In this document: one piece after another, positions 1-10,147 of the stretch
How positions within the stretch are numbered: the first letter of the stretch is position 1
Layout of the letters: each line of letters opens with the position of its first letter
Assembly (NCBI RefSeq): GCF_053078305.1
Contig: NZ_CP166879.1
DNA: 64,000 nucleotides
Strand: one strand, 5' to 3'
Notes under the pieces: model-generated
Seen by the model: only the letters and a program-made list of their open reading frames with translations
The model's database searches: none
Told to the model about the DNA's origin: nothing
Translations under genes and position numbers: made by a program

Positions 1-24
1 GACAGTGATTATGCTAAGCAACAT
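1..24 (-). CDS. wcaE: colanic acid glycosyltransferase WcaE, first 8 codons only (runs off window start)
   Basis: Reverse complement of 1-24 reads ATG TTG CTT AGC ATA ATC ACT GTC = MLLSIITV, the N-terminus recalled for K-12 WcaE. Its position directly downstream of wcaD fits the wca operon order. Confidence 0.55.
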
Positions 25-34
25 GTTCTTATTC

Positions 35-1252
35 TTACCTCGTAATATTTAACGCTTTTCGCAAAATAAACGGACAGACGATTAAAAATGCATATTCCGG
101 GCTAAATATCGAACCGGTAAAAAACAGCGATACCGGAGTAAAAAGATATAATTGCACGCGAAAATTGCGGTTATCACCAAAAGCGTTGATCATCATTTTT
201 ATCACTTTCCCCATGTACCACAGCGATAAAAACACCGCAAACCAGGAAAAATAAATAATCAGCAGATACAAACCATTGTCTATGGTTTTTCCGACATCCG
301 CACCGTTAAATATTCCGAATGATGCGACATATTCATAAAGTGAGCCAAATCTAACTACACCGTCAATATGGGTCAAAGAATAACCGACCATCACCAGCGG
401 ACCGACAATACGATAATACGATGACGATCCTTCCGTACCTAAATCGCCCAGACGGGTGGAAATATAAGGAAACGCGATTACCACACCAACCAGGAATACA
501 GCCAGAGAAATCAATGCTAATGGTAACTTTTTCTTAATCGCCTCTTTATTCAGATATTGAAATGCCCACTCCAGCAAATAAAACAGGATAAAGGTCATAA
601 CCCCTGAAAACGATCCGGATAATATTATCCCTGCGAGAATCATAGCATCGGTTTTAGGCGTTTTGATACCAAACTGTTTGATGCTGAGCCAAATTGAGAT
701 TAATGCCAGAGCGAAAAATGCCGGTTCGAAATAAAGTGCTGTCGTGCGCTTGCCGCCGAATTTGATGAAATTCAGCACATAGCTGTTGCTGTAAATCAGA
801 TATTTCGAAATCGACTCCATAATACTGCTGCCACCGGTGAGGATAATTTGCGCCATCTCCACCGCCGCCAGCGCCACCACCAGCCCGACCACCAGATAAA
901 AGAAACGTAAAATCTTGCGATGGTTGTGTGGCGAAATCGTTTTAAAGCGAATACTCCACACCATGCCAATAATGATCACAATATAGACAAACAGCATGGT
1001 TGAAGTGACGTATTTACCGGCATCCAACGACTGACCAAACAGGTAGTTAAACGCCGTGAGTCCCGCGCCAATCCCCAGGGCAATCATCAATTTTTTAACG
1101 CTGATGCGTTCTAAAAACAGCAGTAACAAGACAGGTAAAAAAGTGACGATGGTGATGGGGAAACTTTCGCCAAGCTGGGCGATTTTGACGTTAACCAGCA
1201 GGTAGATCAGCGGCAGCAGCAGGTAGCTACAGATTCTGATAGAAGTTGACAT
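35..1252 (-). CDS. wcaD: colanic acid polymerase WcaD (polytopic membrane protein)
   Basis: ORF 35-1324. From the internal Met (MSTSIRICSYLLLPLIYLLVNVK..., 405 aa) it matches the recalled K-12 WcaD, so the start was set to 1252. It overlaps the wcaC stop as in the wca operon. Confidence 0.93.
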   Translation of the reverse strand: MSTSIRICSYLLLPLIYLLVNVKIAQLGESFPITIVTFLPVLLLLFLERISVKKLMIALGIGAGLTAFNYLFGQSLDAGKYVTSTMLFVYIVIIIGMVWSIRFKTISPHNHRKILRFFYLVVGLVVALAAVEMAQIILTGGSSIMESISKYLIYSNSYVLNFIKFGGKRTTALYFEPAFFALALISIWLSIKQFGIKTPKTDAMILAGIILSGSFSGVMTFILFYLLEWAFQYLNKEAIKKKLPLALISLAVFLVGVVIAFPYISTRLGDLGTEGSSSYYRIVGPLVMVGYSLTHIDGVVRFGSLYEYVASFGIFNGADVGKTIDNGLYLLIIYFSWFAVFLSLWYMGKVIKMMINAFGDNRNFRVQLYLFTPVSLFFTGSIFSPEYAFLIVCPFILRKALNITR

Positions 1253-2444
1253 ACTCCTCCAGCATCTGTTGTCCACTGTAGGCGGCGCGGCTGCGTTGGC
1301 TGAACTCAGCCAGCGTGGTACCAAATATCGCCTGCGCGATTTCCGGTTTGCTTAACTGGACCAGTTGCAGCACCTCTTCTTCGCTGACGGTTTTACCGCC
1401 GGATTTTTGCAACACTTCACGCGCCGCGTCGCTATGGGTGGCAATCACCGGCACGCCAATTGATAACGCCTCACACAAAATCAGCGGGTAGTTATCGACG
1501 CGAGAACTGAATACCAGCGCATCCATCTGATTGAGCGCGCTCATCAGCTTACGTTTGTCGGTTTCAAAGCCGTGATTGACCACGTTGCCAGCGGTGAACG
1601 GCGAGAACTTACCGAAGGTATGCAGTTCGATTTTGTCGTCCAGCGCCATCATCTCGCGCACCAGGTGCTGGTTAGTTTTGCCGTCGTAACGCAGGTCATG
1701 CGCTACCACCGCGATTTTCGGCTTGCCCTGAGTTTCGCGCACCGGAGGCAAATCCGCCAGAATCGCCTCGGTTGCCATATCAATACCGTTATTGATAATC
1801 CGGCAACGCCCTGGACCGTACAGGCTATTGAAAGCGTCAGCCACATGCTGGCTGGGGGAAATAAACTGACAGCCCAGCGCCAGCATCTCACGGAATAACT
1901 GGCGTTTGCCCGCCACCAGCTGGTGCGCCCGATCAATCTTCACCGGCGGATAGTTATTTAAGGTCGGGCATTTCTGGCAGCCCGTTTTCCAGCCTTCACA
2001 ACCGTCGGTAAAGGCGCAGCGCCCGGTAACGCTCCAGTGGTCGTGCAGCGTCCAGACCAGAGTGACGTCCGGTTTATGGTTTTTCACCTTTTCGCAAAAG
2101 CGCACCACGCTCTTAAGATTTAGCCAGTAGCTGTGCAGCACATGAAAATGCAGGACCACCGGACCCGGTGTACGAGTAATGGTGCGATATAACTCATTGA
2201 AATTGCCAAACAGATCGCGATTAAACAGACGAAACAGGGCAATATTCGCCATTGCGGTCATCCGCGGCGTATGTTTGATGACCTGCGGATAGTTCTGATG
2301 GCTGACGCTCTCTTTGCCGCCTTTGCCGTAGCCGTAGACAAAATGTGACGCCAGCCCCTGTTGCAGCGCACGCTGGTGGAGATCTAACGCCACACCTGCC
2401 GCCCCGCCTTCCGCCAGTCGCACATTAAATTGCAGAATATTCAT
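1227..2444 (-). CDS. wcaC: colanic acid glycosyltransferase WcaC
   Basis: 405-aa ORF MNILQFNVRLAEGGAAGVALDLHQRALQQG... matches recalled K-12 WcaC. Operon context supports it. Confidence 0.95.
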   Translation of the reverse strand: MNILQFNVRLAEGGAAGVALDLHQRALQQGLASHFVYGYGKGGKESVSHQNYPQVIKHTPRMTAMANIALFRLFNRDLFGNFNELYRTITRTPGPVVLHFHVLHSYWLNLKSVVRFCEKVKNHKPDVTLVWTLHDHWSVTGRCAFTDGCEGWKTGCQKCPTLNNYPPVKIDRAHQLVAGKRQLFREMLALGCQFISPSQHVADAFNSLYGPGRCRIINNGIDMATEAILADLPPVRETQGKPKIAVVAHDLRYDGKTNQHLVREMMALDDKIELHTFGKFSPFTAGNVVNHGFETDKRKLMSALNQMDALVFSSRVDNYPLILCEALSIGVPVIATHSDAAREVLQKSGGKTVSEEEVLQLVQLSKPEIAQAIFGTTLAEFSQRSRAAYSGQQMLEEYVNFYQNL

Positions 2445-2929
2445 TTAATTACCTTCACTCGCGCTTTTTCTCCCACCACCAGCGCGTTGTCCGGGACAGA
2501 GTCGAGCACCACGCTGCCCGCGCCCACGGTGACGTTGTTACCAAGCGTGATATCACCAAGAATAATGACGTTGGCACCGAGTTCGACGCCGTTGCCAATG
2601 TGTGGACATGCCATGTTATCGGCACCACGATTGCCGATAGTGACGCCGTGGCGAATGGTGAAATCATCCCCCGCTACCACGTTTTTATTGATCACTACGG
2701 CGTAACCGTGATGGATAGTAAAGCGGCGGCCAATGGTCGCGGCAGCCTGGATTTCATAACCGAAAAAGCATTCGGTGATAATGCGATACAGCACCAGCAG
2801 CGGGGCCGCCCACAGATTGTTGAGAACGTTCTTTTTGCGCCACACCGAACAAAAATGAGCGACGCGATAGGCAAGAACCATGCAGCACGGGCGTAAACTC
2901 CAGCTGTTGGCGCGTAGATCTTCCAGCAT
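2441..2929 (-). CDS. wcaB: colanic acid O-acetyltransferase WcaB (hexapeptide-repeat family)
   Basis: 162-aa ORF with left-handed beta-helix repeats (IGNGVELGANVIILGDITLGNNVTVGAGSVV). The ATGA overlap with wcaC matches K-12 WcaB. Confidence 0.95.
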   Translation of the reverse strand: MLEDLRANSWSLRPCCMVLAYRVAHFCSVWRKKNVLNNLWAAPLLVLYRIITECFFGYEIQAAATIGRRFTIHHGYAVVINKNVVAGDDFTIRHGVTIGNRGADNMACPHIGNGVELGANVIILGDITLGNNVTVGAGSVVLDSVPDNALVVGEKARVKVIK

Positions 2930-2931
2930 AT

Positions 2932-3771
2932 TTAGCGCCCCCGAATACCATCAGCCAGACGTTTGCCGTTACGCACCGACAGCAGCGTCAGCAAAGTGCG
3001 CCAGGTCATACGTTTATTGCGGATCTGGTAGAGAGTAAACAGCTGATATTTTTTACTGGCACGGTCGAATTTGTCTTTGTGCTTGCGGTAAAAGTGGAAG
3101 TATCCGGAGAATTTTTTCGGTGACGAGGTGATCTGCATTTCGCCGTGATTGATATGCAGGATCTGCGTCGCCTCTTCCACTTTCCACGGTTCGCCATACT
3201 CCACCACCATCCGCAGGAAGATGTCGTAATCCTGTGCCGCTTTCAGTTCGGTATCGAACAAACATTCTTTGAAACGCCACGCCCAGGTAAAGACCTGATT
3301 GCCAATGATATTGCGTTTATAGAACAGGCGGCGTGAATACGGCGATTTGGGATACAGCGGCAAACTTGCTGGTTGGGAATAGACTTCGCCCTGGCAAACG
3401 TAGTCGTTAGCGTACAAAAAGGCGTGAGTGACCAGTTGCTGTTTATGGGCGAGGAAGACGCTCAGACGGTTGGGTGTCCATTCATCATCATCATCGATCC
3501 CGGTGATGTATTCCCCTTGCGCCAGCATAATCGCCTGGTTACGTACCGCGCACGCCCCGCTGTTAATGTCGTTGTGAATGTAGGTAATACGCGGATCGTT
3601 GAGGGCGGTGACGTACTGTTGCAGTTGTTCCCAGGAGGTGGAGCAATCATCCACGATGATCATCTCCCAGTTGCTGTAGTCCTGGCGCAGGACCGATTTT
3701 ATCGCCCGAATCGCCAGTTGTTGGCGGTTCCAGGTCGGCATATAGATTGAGATCAGCGGATTGTCTTTCAT
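2932..3771 (-). CDS. wcaA: colanic acid glycosyltransferase WcaA (GT2)
   Basis: 279-aa ORF with ISIYMPTWNR...IIVDDCS...GIDDDDEW GT2 motifs. Matches recalled K-12 WcaA. Confidence 0.95.
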   Translation of the reverse strand: MKDNPLISIYMPTWNRQQLAIRAIKSVLRQDYSNWEMIIVDDCSTSWEQLQQYVTALNDPRITYIHNDINSGACAVRNQAIMLAQGEYITGIDDDDEWTPNRLSVFLAHKQQLVTHAFLYANDYVCQGEVYSQPASLPLYPKSPYSRRLFYKRNIIGNQVFTWAWRFKECLFDTELKAAQDYDIFLRMVVEYGEPWKVEEATQILHINHGEMQITSSPKKFSGYFHFYRKHKDKFDRASKKYQLFTLYQIRNKRMTWRTLLTLLSVRNGKRLADGIRGR

Positions 3772-3805
3772 AGGTTGTACTCCCGGCTTATGAGCTGGTT
3801 TGCTT

Positions 3806-3839
3806 GCCGGATGCGGCGTGAACGCCTTATCCGGCCTAC
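3806..3839. repeat. REP (repetitive extragenic palindrome) element between wzc and wcaA
   Basis: GCCGGATGCGGCGTGAACGCCTTATCCGGCCTAC is the canonical E. coli REP sequence. It is intergenic. Confidence 0.8.
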
Positions 3840-3863
3840 GGGGCGGTGCGAATGCAGGCGTCG

Positions 3864-6026
3864 TTATTTCGCATCCGACTTATATTCGTATTCGTAATAG
3901 CCATAATCCTGATACGCGCTGGCGCGGCGGAAGATGGAGTTCAGAATCACCCCTTTCACCGGAATACCATTTTGCTCAAAGCGGCTCAGACTGGTTTCCA
4001 CTTCTTTCAATGTGTTGACCGCATAACGCGCCACCATTAACGTGGTTCCGACATGACGACCAACAATTGCGGCATCGGTCACTGCCAGAATCGGCGGCGT
4101 ATCAATCAACACCAGGTCGTAGTTTTTACTCGCCCAGTTCACCAGTTCGGCAAAGCGTTCGCTCATCAACAATTCAGAAGGATTTGGCGGTACCTGACCG
4201 CGCGGGATCAGGTCAAATTTGGCAATCGAAGTGGGTTTAGCAGCGGTAGTAATATCGCCCTGACCAATCAGAATTTCCGACAGGCCATTGACGTTATTGG
4301 TGCCCAACAGCTCGTGGGTGTAGCCTTTGCGCATATCGCAGTCGATCAACAATACGCGTTTATTAGTCTGGCTAATGACCGCCGCCAGGTTAGCGCAGAC
4401 AAAGGTTTTACCGATTGACGGGCTAACCCCGGTCATCATCAACACATTGTTCTGCGCCTGCATCATCGCGAAGTGCAGACTGGTACGCAGACTGCGGATG
4501 GCTTCAATCGCCAGATCGGTTGGATTCCCCACCGCCAGTAGCTGGCTCTGTTTATAGCGTTTAACTCCTTTGATGGTTTTGACGCTATCGCGCGCTTTCT
4601 GCCATTCCGACAACGGGATGCTGGCATAGACGCTGATACCGTGTTCTTCCAGCACTTGCGGGCTTTCAATGCCGCGATTAAACAACGAGCGCAGCAGTAC
4701 ACCCACGATAGAGAGCATCAGGCCGAGGATAATCGCCCCAAGGATAATCAGCCCTTTCTTCGGTTTCAGTACACCTGGCTGGGTGATTGCCGGGTCAACA
4801 ATGCGCACATCGCCGACGGTGCTGGCCTCGGTGATTTTCAGCTCCTGCTCTTTATTCAGCAGTTGCATATAGACCTGCTGACCAGACTCGACATCGCGGG
4901 TCAGACGCACAATTTCCTGCTGGGTTTTCGGCATCGCCGTTACGCGACCATTAAGTTTGGCTTTTTCGTCTTCCAGCGCCTGCCGTTTCTCCAGCAGCGT
5001 GCGGTACGCCGGGTGAACTTTGGTGTACAGCTTGGAGATTTCCGCCTCTTTAAAGGTCAGTTCGTTCAACTGCGCGTCGATGTTCACCATCGAATCGAGC
5101 ACCGCTTTCGCTTCCAGCGGCAGATCAACAGAATCTTTATCCTGACGGAAGGCATTCAGTTTGTTTTCGGCAACATCAAGGCGGCTACGTACTTCCGGTA
5201 ACTGTTGCGCGAGGAAAGCGAGACTTTTCGACGCTTCCGCCGATTTGCGCTCAATATTTTGTTCCTGATAGTTACGGGCGATGCTGTTAAGAATGTCGCG
5301 GATCTGTTCGCGATCTTCACCGGTATAAGTCAGGCTCAGTACGCCTGCGTCTTTGCCGTTCTCCGTTACCGTCAGGCTGTTTTGCAGTTGATTGATCATC
5401 CCCAGCGTGGAGTATTTGGTGACGGTAAACTCACTGCCCGGGCTGGCGTGAATGGCTTCAACCATCAGTGTGACGCCTTCTTTTTTCAGCATCTGGCCCG
5501 CTTGCCCACGGGCGCTAAAGCCGCCATCACTGCTCAGGGTGTAGTTTTTGTCATCCAGCACATTAAGCGTAAACACCTGATCCGCCATCTCTTTCGGACG
5601 GTTAAAGGTAGTCACTTTCACCGTCTCGTTCTGGCGTCCCATCAGGCGATCCCAGCCCGCACCGAAAATCGGGAACGTGTTTTTGCTCACCGCAATATCG
5701 AGGTCGAGATCGTCCACCGTTTTACCAAGCACCAGGCGCGAACGAATCAACTGGATCTCGGCGTCCGATGCTGGCGGTTTGTTGGCTAACGCCGATCCGA
5801 TATCCTGCACTAACGAATTGCCGCTGCTTTGCTCGATTTGTACCAGTGCGTCGGCACTATAAATCGGCGTGGCGAAGAAGGTGTAAACCACGGCACAAAG
5901 GGCGAATACAGCGGTGATGCCAATCACCCACCAGCGCGCTTCAATGACGGTGCCGACCAGGCGACCAATATCGATTTCATCACTGCCCGTTACCGGAGCG
6001 GCATGTTGTTTTACTTTTTCTGTCAT
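3864..6026 (-). CDS. wzc: tyrosine autokinase / polysaccharide co-polymerase Wzc
   Basis: ORF 3864-6062. From MTEKVKQHAAPVTGSDEIDIG (720 aa) it matches K-12 Wzc. It has Walker A GVSPSIGKT and a C-terminal Tyr cluster YQDYGYYEYEY. Confidence 0.95.
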   Translation of the reverse strand: MTEKVKQHAAPVTGSDEIDIGRLVGTVIEARWWVIGITAVFALCAVVYTFFATPIYSADALVQIEQSSGNSLVQDIGSALANKPPASDAEIQLIRSRLVLGKTVDDLDLDIAVSKNTFPIFGAGWDRLMGRQNETVKVTTFNRPKEMADQVFTLNVLDDKNYTLSSDGGFSARGQAGQMLKKEGVTLMVEAIHASPGSEFTVTKYSTLGMINQLQNSLTVTENGKDAGVLSLTYTGEDREQIRDILNSIARNYQEQNIERKSAEASKSLAFLAQQLPEVRSRLDVAENKLNAFRQDKDSVDLPLEAKAVLDSMVNIDAQLNELTFKEAEISKLYTKVHPAYRTLLEKRQALEDEKAKLNGRVTAMPKTQQEIVRLTRDVESGQQVYMQLLNKEQELKITEASTVGDVRIVDPAITQPGVLKPKKGLIILGAIILGLMLSIVGVLLRSLFNRGIESPQVLEEHGISVYASIPLSEWQKARDSVKTIKGVKRYKQSQLLAVGNPTDLAIEAIRSLRTSLHFAMMQAQNNVLMMTGVSPSIGKTFVCANLAAVISQTNKRVLLIDCDMRKGYTHELLGTNNVNGLSEILIGQGDITTAAKPTSIAKFDLIPRGQVPPNPSELLMSERFAELVNWASKNYDLVLIDTPPILAVTDAAIVGRHVGTTLMVARYAVNTLKEVETSLSRFEQNGIPVKGVILNSIFRRASAYQDYGYYEYEYKSDAK

Positions 6027-6028
6027 TC

Positions 6029-6472
6029 TTATACCTGCTCTGCGTTCAATGCCTGCGCCCACTGGCGGGCAGACCGTTCAAGTAATGTGTACACCGCTGC
6101 AAACGTTTCCCGGCTTTTGCGATACGGATCGGGGATTTCACATTCGTTATCCCAGTGACCAAACAGCATCACTTTGCCGCGCATCTCGGGTGCCATCTCG
6201 CATAAGCGTTCGATATGGCGCTTTTCCATGGTCAAAATCAGGTCATAGTTGCGACACAGGCGGCGGCTGATTTGTCGTGCACAGTGGCCTTCCAGAGACA
6301 GTTGATGTTCTGCGGCGACGCTGATAGCGGTAGGATCAGCGCCCTTACCGACCAGCGCGCCGAGTCCAGCGGACTCCACTTTCAGTTCCGGGTGATAACG
6401 TTGCAGTAAGCGTTCCGCCGTCGGGGAACGGCAAATATTGCCGACACAGACAACTAATATGTTGTTAAACAT
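6029..6472 (-). CDS. wzb: low-molecular-weight phosphotyrosine phosphatase Wzb
   Basis: 147 aa with an N-terminal CVGNICRS P-loop (CX5R). Matches K-12 Wzb. Confidence 0.95.
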   Translation of the reverse strand: MFNNILVVCVGNICRSPTAERLLQRYHPELKVESAGLGALVGKGADPTAISVAAEHQLSLEGHCARQISRRLCRNYDLILTMEKRHIERLCEMAPEMRGKVMLFGHWDNECEIPDPYRKSRETFAAVYTLLERSARQWAQALNAEQV

Positions 6473-6477
6473 GACGA

Positions 6478-7617
6478 TTACCAGTTATGAATGTCGCTGG
6501 CTGTATCCGTCATGTAACGGACACCGCTAATAGTTGGCAGCAACTGATTGATCAGACGGTTCCAGCGGGAAACCGGGGCGGTGGTGACATACACCACGTC
6601 ATAAGGTTGCAGGCGGAATTCTGTCGCCATCACCAGCGACGTGGCATCGGACATATCCAGCTGGTAGATATTGGCAATCTTGCCGTTACGCCCGCCCTCG
6701 CCTTTCAGCGGACGAATGACAAAGATGCCGCTGGCGTTGGAGGTGGTCATGTCGATGCCTTCAGCATTGCCCAGGGCTTCAGTCAGGGTCATGCCGCTAA
6801 AGTCCATTTTCAGGGTGCTCTGTTTCTTCACTTCACCCATCACAAATACTTTCAGATCATCATTACGTGGCACGTAGAGAATATCGCCGGGGTAAAGCAG
6901 GCGATTCTGGTTGAGGTCGCCGTTTTGCATCAGCGCCTGCAAAGAAATGCGCTCTTCACGACCATTGTGTGTTAGCACCACGTTGCGCCAGTCAGCGGTG
7001 TCGGTCAGGCCACCTGCGGCGTTGATGGCATCGAGAATGGTCAGTGGTACGTTGGTAATCGCCTGTTGACCGGATTTATTCACCTGGCCGGAGATATAGG
7101 CTTTTTGCGAGCGGAAGGCGGCGATATTAACGTCCACCTGCGGGTCAGCGATGTACGTCGCTAAGCGCCCGGTAATATCACTGCGGATTTCAGCGAGCGT
7201 TTTCCCCACGACGTGAACCTTGCCGATATACGGGTAGAACATGGTGCCGTCAGGCTGTACCCAGTTGCCGGTGTCGCTGGAACTGCGGTACTGACCAGCT
7301 GGCGTGGTGAGTTCCGGGTGATCCCAGACGGTGACATTAAGAACGTCGCCCGGCCCGACGCGATACTGGTAATTCGCGATCTCGCTTTCCAGCGTCATAT
7401 TGGGGCGCGCTACATTCGGGCGTGGGCGTAATTGGTCAATCAGGCGCGGGGTCAGCGGATACACATTCACCATTTTGTCGAGATCGAAATCAGCGTCCTG
7501 CTGTTTGATGACGTCTTTGCCCATCGTCGACATATTGCTGCCCGGAAGTACTGTGCAACCGCTTATCAAGGTTACTGACACCAATAATGGCATCAATTTC
7601 ATTTTGGATTTCATCAT
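6478..7617 (-). CDS. wza: outer-membrane polysaccharide export lipoprotein Wza
   Basis: 379 aa with a lipoprotein signal ending LISGC. Matches K-12 Wza and is the first gene of the capsule operon. Confidence 0.95.
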   Translation of the reverse strand: MMKSKMKLMPLLVSVTLISGCTVLPGSNMSTMGKDVIKQQDADFDLDKMVNVYPLTPRLIDQLRPRPNVARPNMTLESEIANYQYRVGPGDVLNVTVWDHPELTTPAGQYRSSSDTGNWVQPDGTMFYPYIGKVHVVGKTLAEIRSDITGRLATYIADPQVDVNIAAFRSQKAYISGQVNKSGQQAITNVPLTILDAINAAGGLTDTADWRNVVLTHNGREERISLQALMQNGDLNQNRLLYPGDILYVPRNDDLKVFVMGEVKKQSTLKMDFSGMTLTEALGNAEGIDMTTSNASGIFVIRPLKGEGGRNGKIANIYQLDMSDATSLVMATEFRLQPYDVVYVTTAPVSRWNRLINQLLPTISGVRYMTDTASDIHNW

Positions 7618-7794
7618 TGTTTATTTATCACTTTGGCAGAGTAATTATCCTGTGCACTATTAATAGCAATGTCGCCATGCACATTTACCTTGCAGTTAAT
7701 TGAATAAAAATTTAACTGGCATCAGTCCTAAAAAAATTGATTTCATCCGCAGGCTATTGACAGAATAATTCAGACTGGCTTTCAGGCATCCAGA

Positions 7795-7806
7795 CACGCT
7801 ACCGCC
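7795..7806 (-). promoter_or_regulatory. ops element (RfaH recruitment site) within the JUMPStart sequence of the wza leader
   Basis: The reverse strand reads GGCGGTAGCGTG (ops consensus GGCGGTAGnnTG), about 180 nt upstream of the wza start, in the transcribed orientation. Confidence 0.85.
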
Positions 7807-8274
7807 CCTGGCTTTTTAGCTACCAATACACTGATTTAGCTTAATTTTTAAAACCCTCTCAACATACAGTCGTTGATGAGAAAGGGTTATTGCGGAAATT
7901 AACTTCCGAATATAAGGTGACATTATGGTAATTGAATATTGGCTCTCCAATAATGCAGGAGGAAGTGTTACAGCTAACGGAATAGCAGGCAAGGTAACAA
8001 TTCGGCAATTGGCTATTTTTAAGAATTATATTAAGTGTCATTCAATATGGTTTTTAGGAGTTTCTTTAGGTTGACAATATTTAATATTGCGTCTCCACAT
8101 GCGATATTTCTTAAATAATGTTTTATTATTACCACTTTTAATTCAGGGATAATGTGAGGTTATTACCCTCAAATAATATGAGATAAATAGTGCTGCAACA
8201 TTGCATTTTTGCCCCGATTTATCCATGATCGAATTGTGACATTTGTCATACAACGAATAGGTTTTGTACTTACT

Positions 8275-8898
8275 ATGGAATGGATTGCCGATCCGTCTAT
8301 CTGGGCCGGGTTAATCACGCTGATTGTGATCGAACTGGTCCTCGGCATTGATAATCTGGTCTTTATTGCCATCCTCGCCGAAAAACTACCGCCGAAGCAG
8401 CGCGACCGCGCACGGGTTACCGGGCTGTTGCTGGCGATGTTAATGCGCCTGTTACTGCTGGCGTCAATCTCCTGGCTGGTCACCCTGACTCAACCGCTGT
8501 TCAGCTTCCGCTCGTTTACCTTTAGCGCCCGCGACTTAATCATGCTGTTTGGTGGTTTCTTCTTGTTGTTCAAAGCCACGATGGAGCTGAACGAACGGCT
8601 GGAAGGGAAAGACAGCAATAACCCCACGCAACGCAAAGGTGCGAAGTTCTGGGGGGTGGTGACACAAATTGTGGTACTGGACGCCATCTTCTCACTCGAC
8701 TCGGTGATTACAGCCGTCGGGATGGTCGACCATTTACTGGTCATGATGGCCGCCGTGGTTATCGCTATCAGCCTGATGTTGATGGCCAGCAAGCCGTTAA
8801 CGCAATTTGTTAACAGTCACCCGACCATCGTTATTCTCTGCTTAAGCTTCCTGTTGATGATTGGCTTTAGCCTGGTGGCAGAAGGTTTCGGCTTCGTG
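8275..8898 (+). pseudogene. yegH: yegH (TerC/CorC-family membrane protein) truncated after codon 208 by the prophage left end
   Basis: [30 protein letters not shown]...LVAEGFGFV matches the N-terminal 208 of about 527 aa of K-12 YegH. The reading frame hits TAA at 8899-8901, supplied by phage-end sequence. Confidence 0.9.
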
Positions 8899-9069
8899 TA
8901 ACCAGGTGAATCATTTGATACCAACGAGGGTTTTAGTGAAAGGAGGTGAAATCACCTGTAAGATACTGAAATAAAACAGGTGATACCAATGCGAGCGCGG
9001 AAAGTCTATTTGATACCGATTGTGCAATAATTAGTCGTTTATTCTAAAATCGGCAACACTTTTGATACT
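8897..9069 (+). repeat. prophage left end with putative transposase-binding repeats (L1-L3-like)
   Basis: The TGATAC(C/T) core (mostly TTTGATACC) occurs in direct orientation at 8914-8922, 8981-8987, 9009-9017 and 9061-9069. The first lies 17 nt from the TG at 8897. The arrangement parallels the Mu attL L1/L2/L3 sites. Confidence 0.6.
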
Positions 9070-9168
9070 ACGGATTGACGCTTAAAATGGTTTTAAAAAG
9101 GCTTAAAACGCTTTTCTCCAGATTGTCTTTAAAGGAGTGTACCACAGCACAAAATTTGCACCACTCCC

Positions 9169-9729
9169 TTACGCACTAGCCTTTTTCTGGGTTACATTTA
9201 AATGATTAACCTTAGCTTCACATTCTTCATAAATCTCTCTTGCTTCAGAATCTGACATATCCTTTAACCTTAAAGCAAGCTCTCGGCGAAAACCGCTAAG
9301 TGCATGTAATTCCTGAATATTATCATCCAATAAGATCGTTAGAAAATCAGCCCCCTTTCTGCCAAGCAATCGGGCTAATTCTAGTTGCTCATCGGTGCTG
9401 AGAGAGGACAGAATTGCCGTAATTGTTTGATTTGCATTATCTAAATTACCTGCATCGACAGTTGAACAACATGGAGTGCTTGGGGTATTTTCATCAGAAC
9501 CAAAAGCTAACCAATTTAAACTCACGTGCTCTTTATTTGATATAAGGCAAGCCATTTTAAAAGAGGGTTCTGTGCCTTTGTGTATGTAGTTATTTAAGGT
9601 TGATACAGGAACCCCCCAATCCTTTGCTGCTGCCCTTACACTCCGCGTCCCGATCAGGCTTAGTAAGCGGGCTTTAAAACTTTCTTTTCCTGGTGCATCA
9701 AAAGAAAAATTTCCATTCTCTTCAATCAT
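9169..9729 (-). CDS. prophage repressor (Mu c-like position, HTH protein)
   Basis: 186-aa ORF divergent from ner at the left end. The N-terminal segment RSVRAAAKDWGVPVSTLNNYIHKG looks like a helix-turn-helix. Position is equivalent to Mu Repc. Confidence 0.72.
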   Translation of the reverse strand: MIEENGNFSFDAPGKESFKARLLSLIGTRSVRAAAKDWGVPVSTLNNYIHKGTEPSFKMACLISNKEHVSLNWLAFGSDENTPSTPCCSTVDAGNLDNANQTITAILSSLSTDEQLELARLLGRKGADFLTILLDDNIQELHALSGFRRELALRLKDMSDSEAREIYEECEAKVNHLNVTQKKASA

Positions 9730-9851
9730 TTTTTCTTTTCCTCATAACATATTGAAATAAAAAGAGATAACCAAATAAAACCCACTTCAGCCCACGGAGA
9801 CAAAAGAAAAAGCTATTTTTGCTTTACATGGACTACATTTGGATCAATACT

Positions 9852-9887
9852 TGTATCAAACTTGATAACAAAATTTAGTTATCAAAT
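9852..9887. promoter_or_regulatory. candidate operator / early-promoter region between repressor and ner
   Basis: Contains the dyad TATCAA-AC-TTGATA (9854-9867) plus GTTATCAAA (9878-9886), inside the 185-bp AT-rich divergent intergenic region. The motif resembles the end repeats. Confidence 0.45.
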
Positions 9888-9914
9888 TTCGTAACTTTTT
9901 AGGATAGATGAATC

Positions 9915-10145
9915 ATGGCGAGAAATGAAGTTAAGCCTGATTGGCATCCTCAAAGAATCTTGGGGGAAGTCAGAGCCAGAGAAGGAAGTATGAGGGCGCT
10001 GGCCCGTAAAGCTGGCGTAGGTCAGAACAACCTGTACAACGCGGTATACCGTCATGTTCCCAAGTATGAGGGGATTATTGCGGAATGCCTAGGTGTGCCA
10101 CCCGAGGAGATTTGGCCCAGCCGCTACATTCGTAAGGTCGCGTAA
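9915..10145 (+). CDS. ner: Ner-like DNA-binding early regulator
   Basis: 76 aa. DWHPQRILGEVRAREGSMRALARKAGV...PEEIWPSRY parallels Mu Ner (DWHRADVIAGLKKR...PEVIWPSRY). It is the first rightward gene. Confidence 0.88.
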   Translation: MARNEVKPDWHPQRILGEVRAREGSMRALARKAGVGQNNLYNAVYRHVPKYEGIIAECLGVPPEEIWPSRYIRKVA

Positions 10146-10147
10146 TT

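Noticed and set aside
8019-8036. TAAGAATTATATTAAG upstream of wza as a possible RcsAB box
   Set aside because: Only the TAAGAAT half resembles the RcsAB consensus (TaAGaatatTCctA). The TCCTA half is missing, and I cannot recall the mapped site well enough to support the call.
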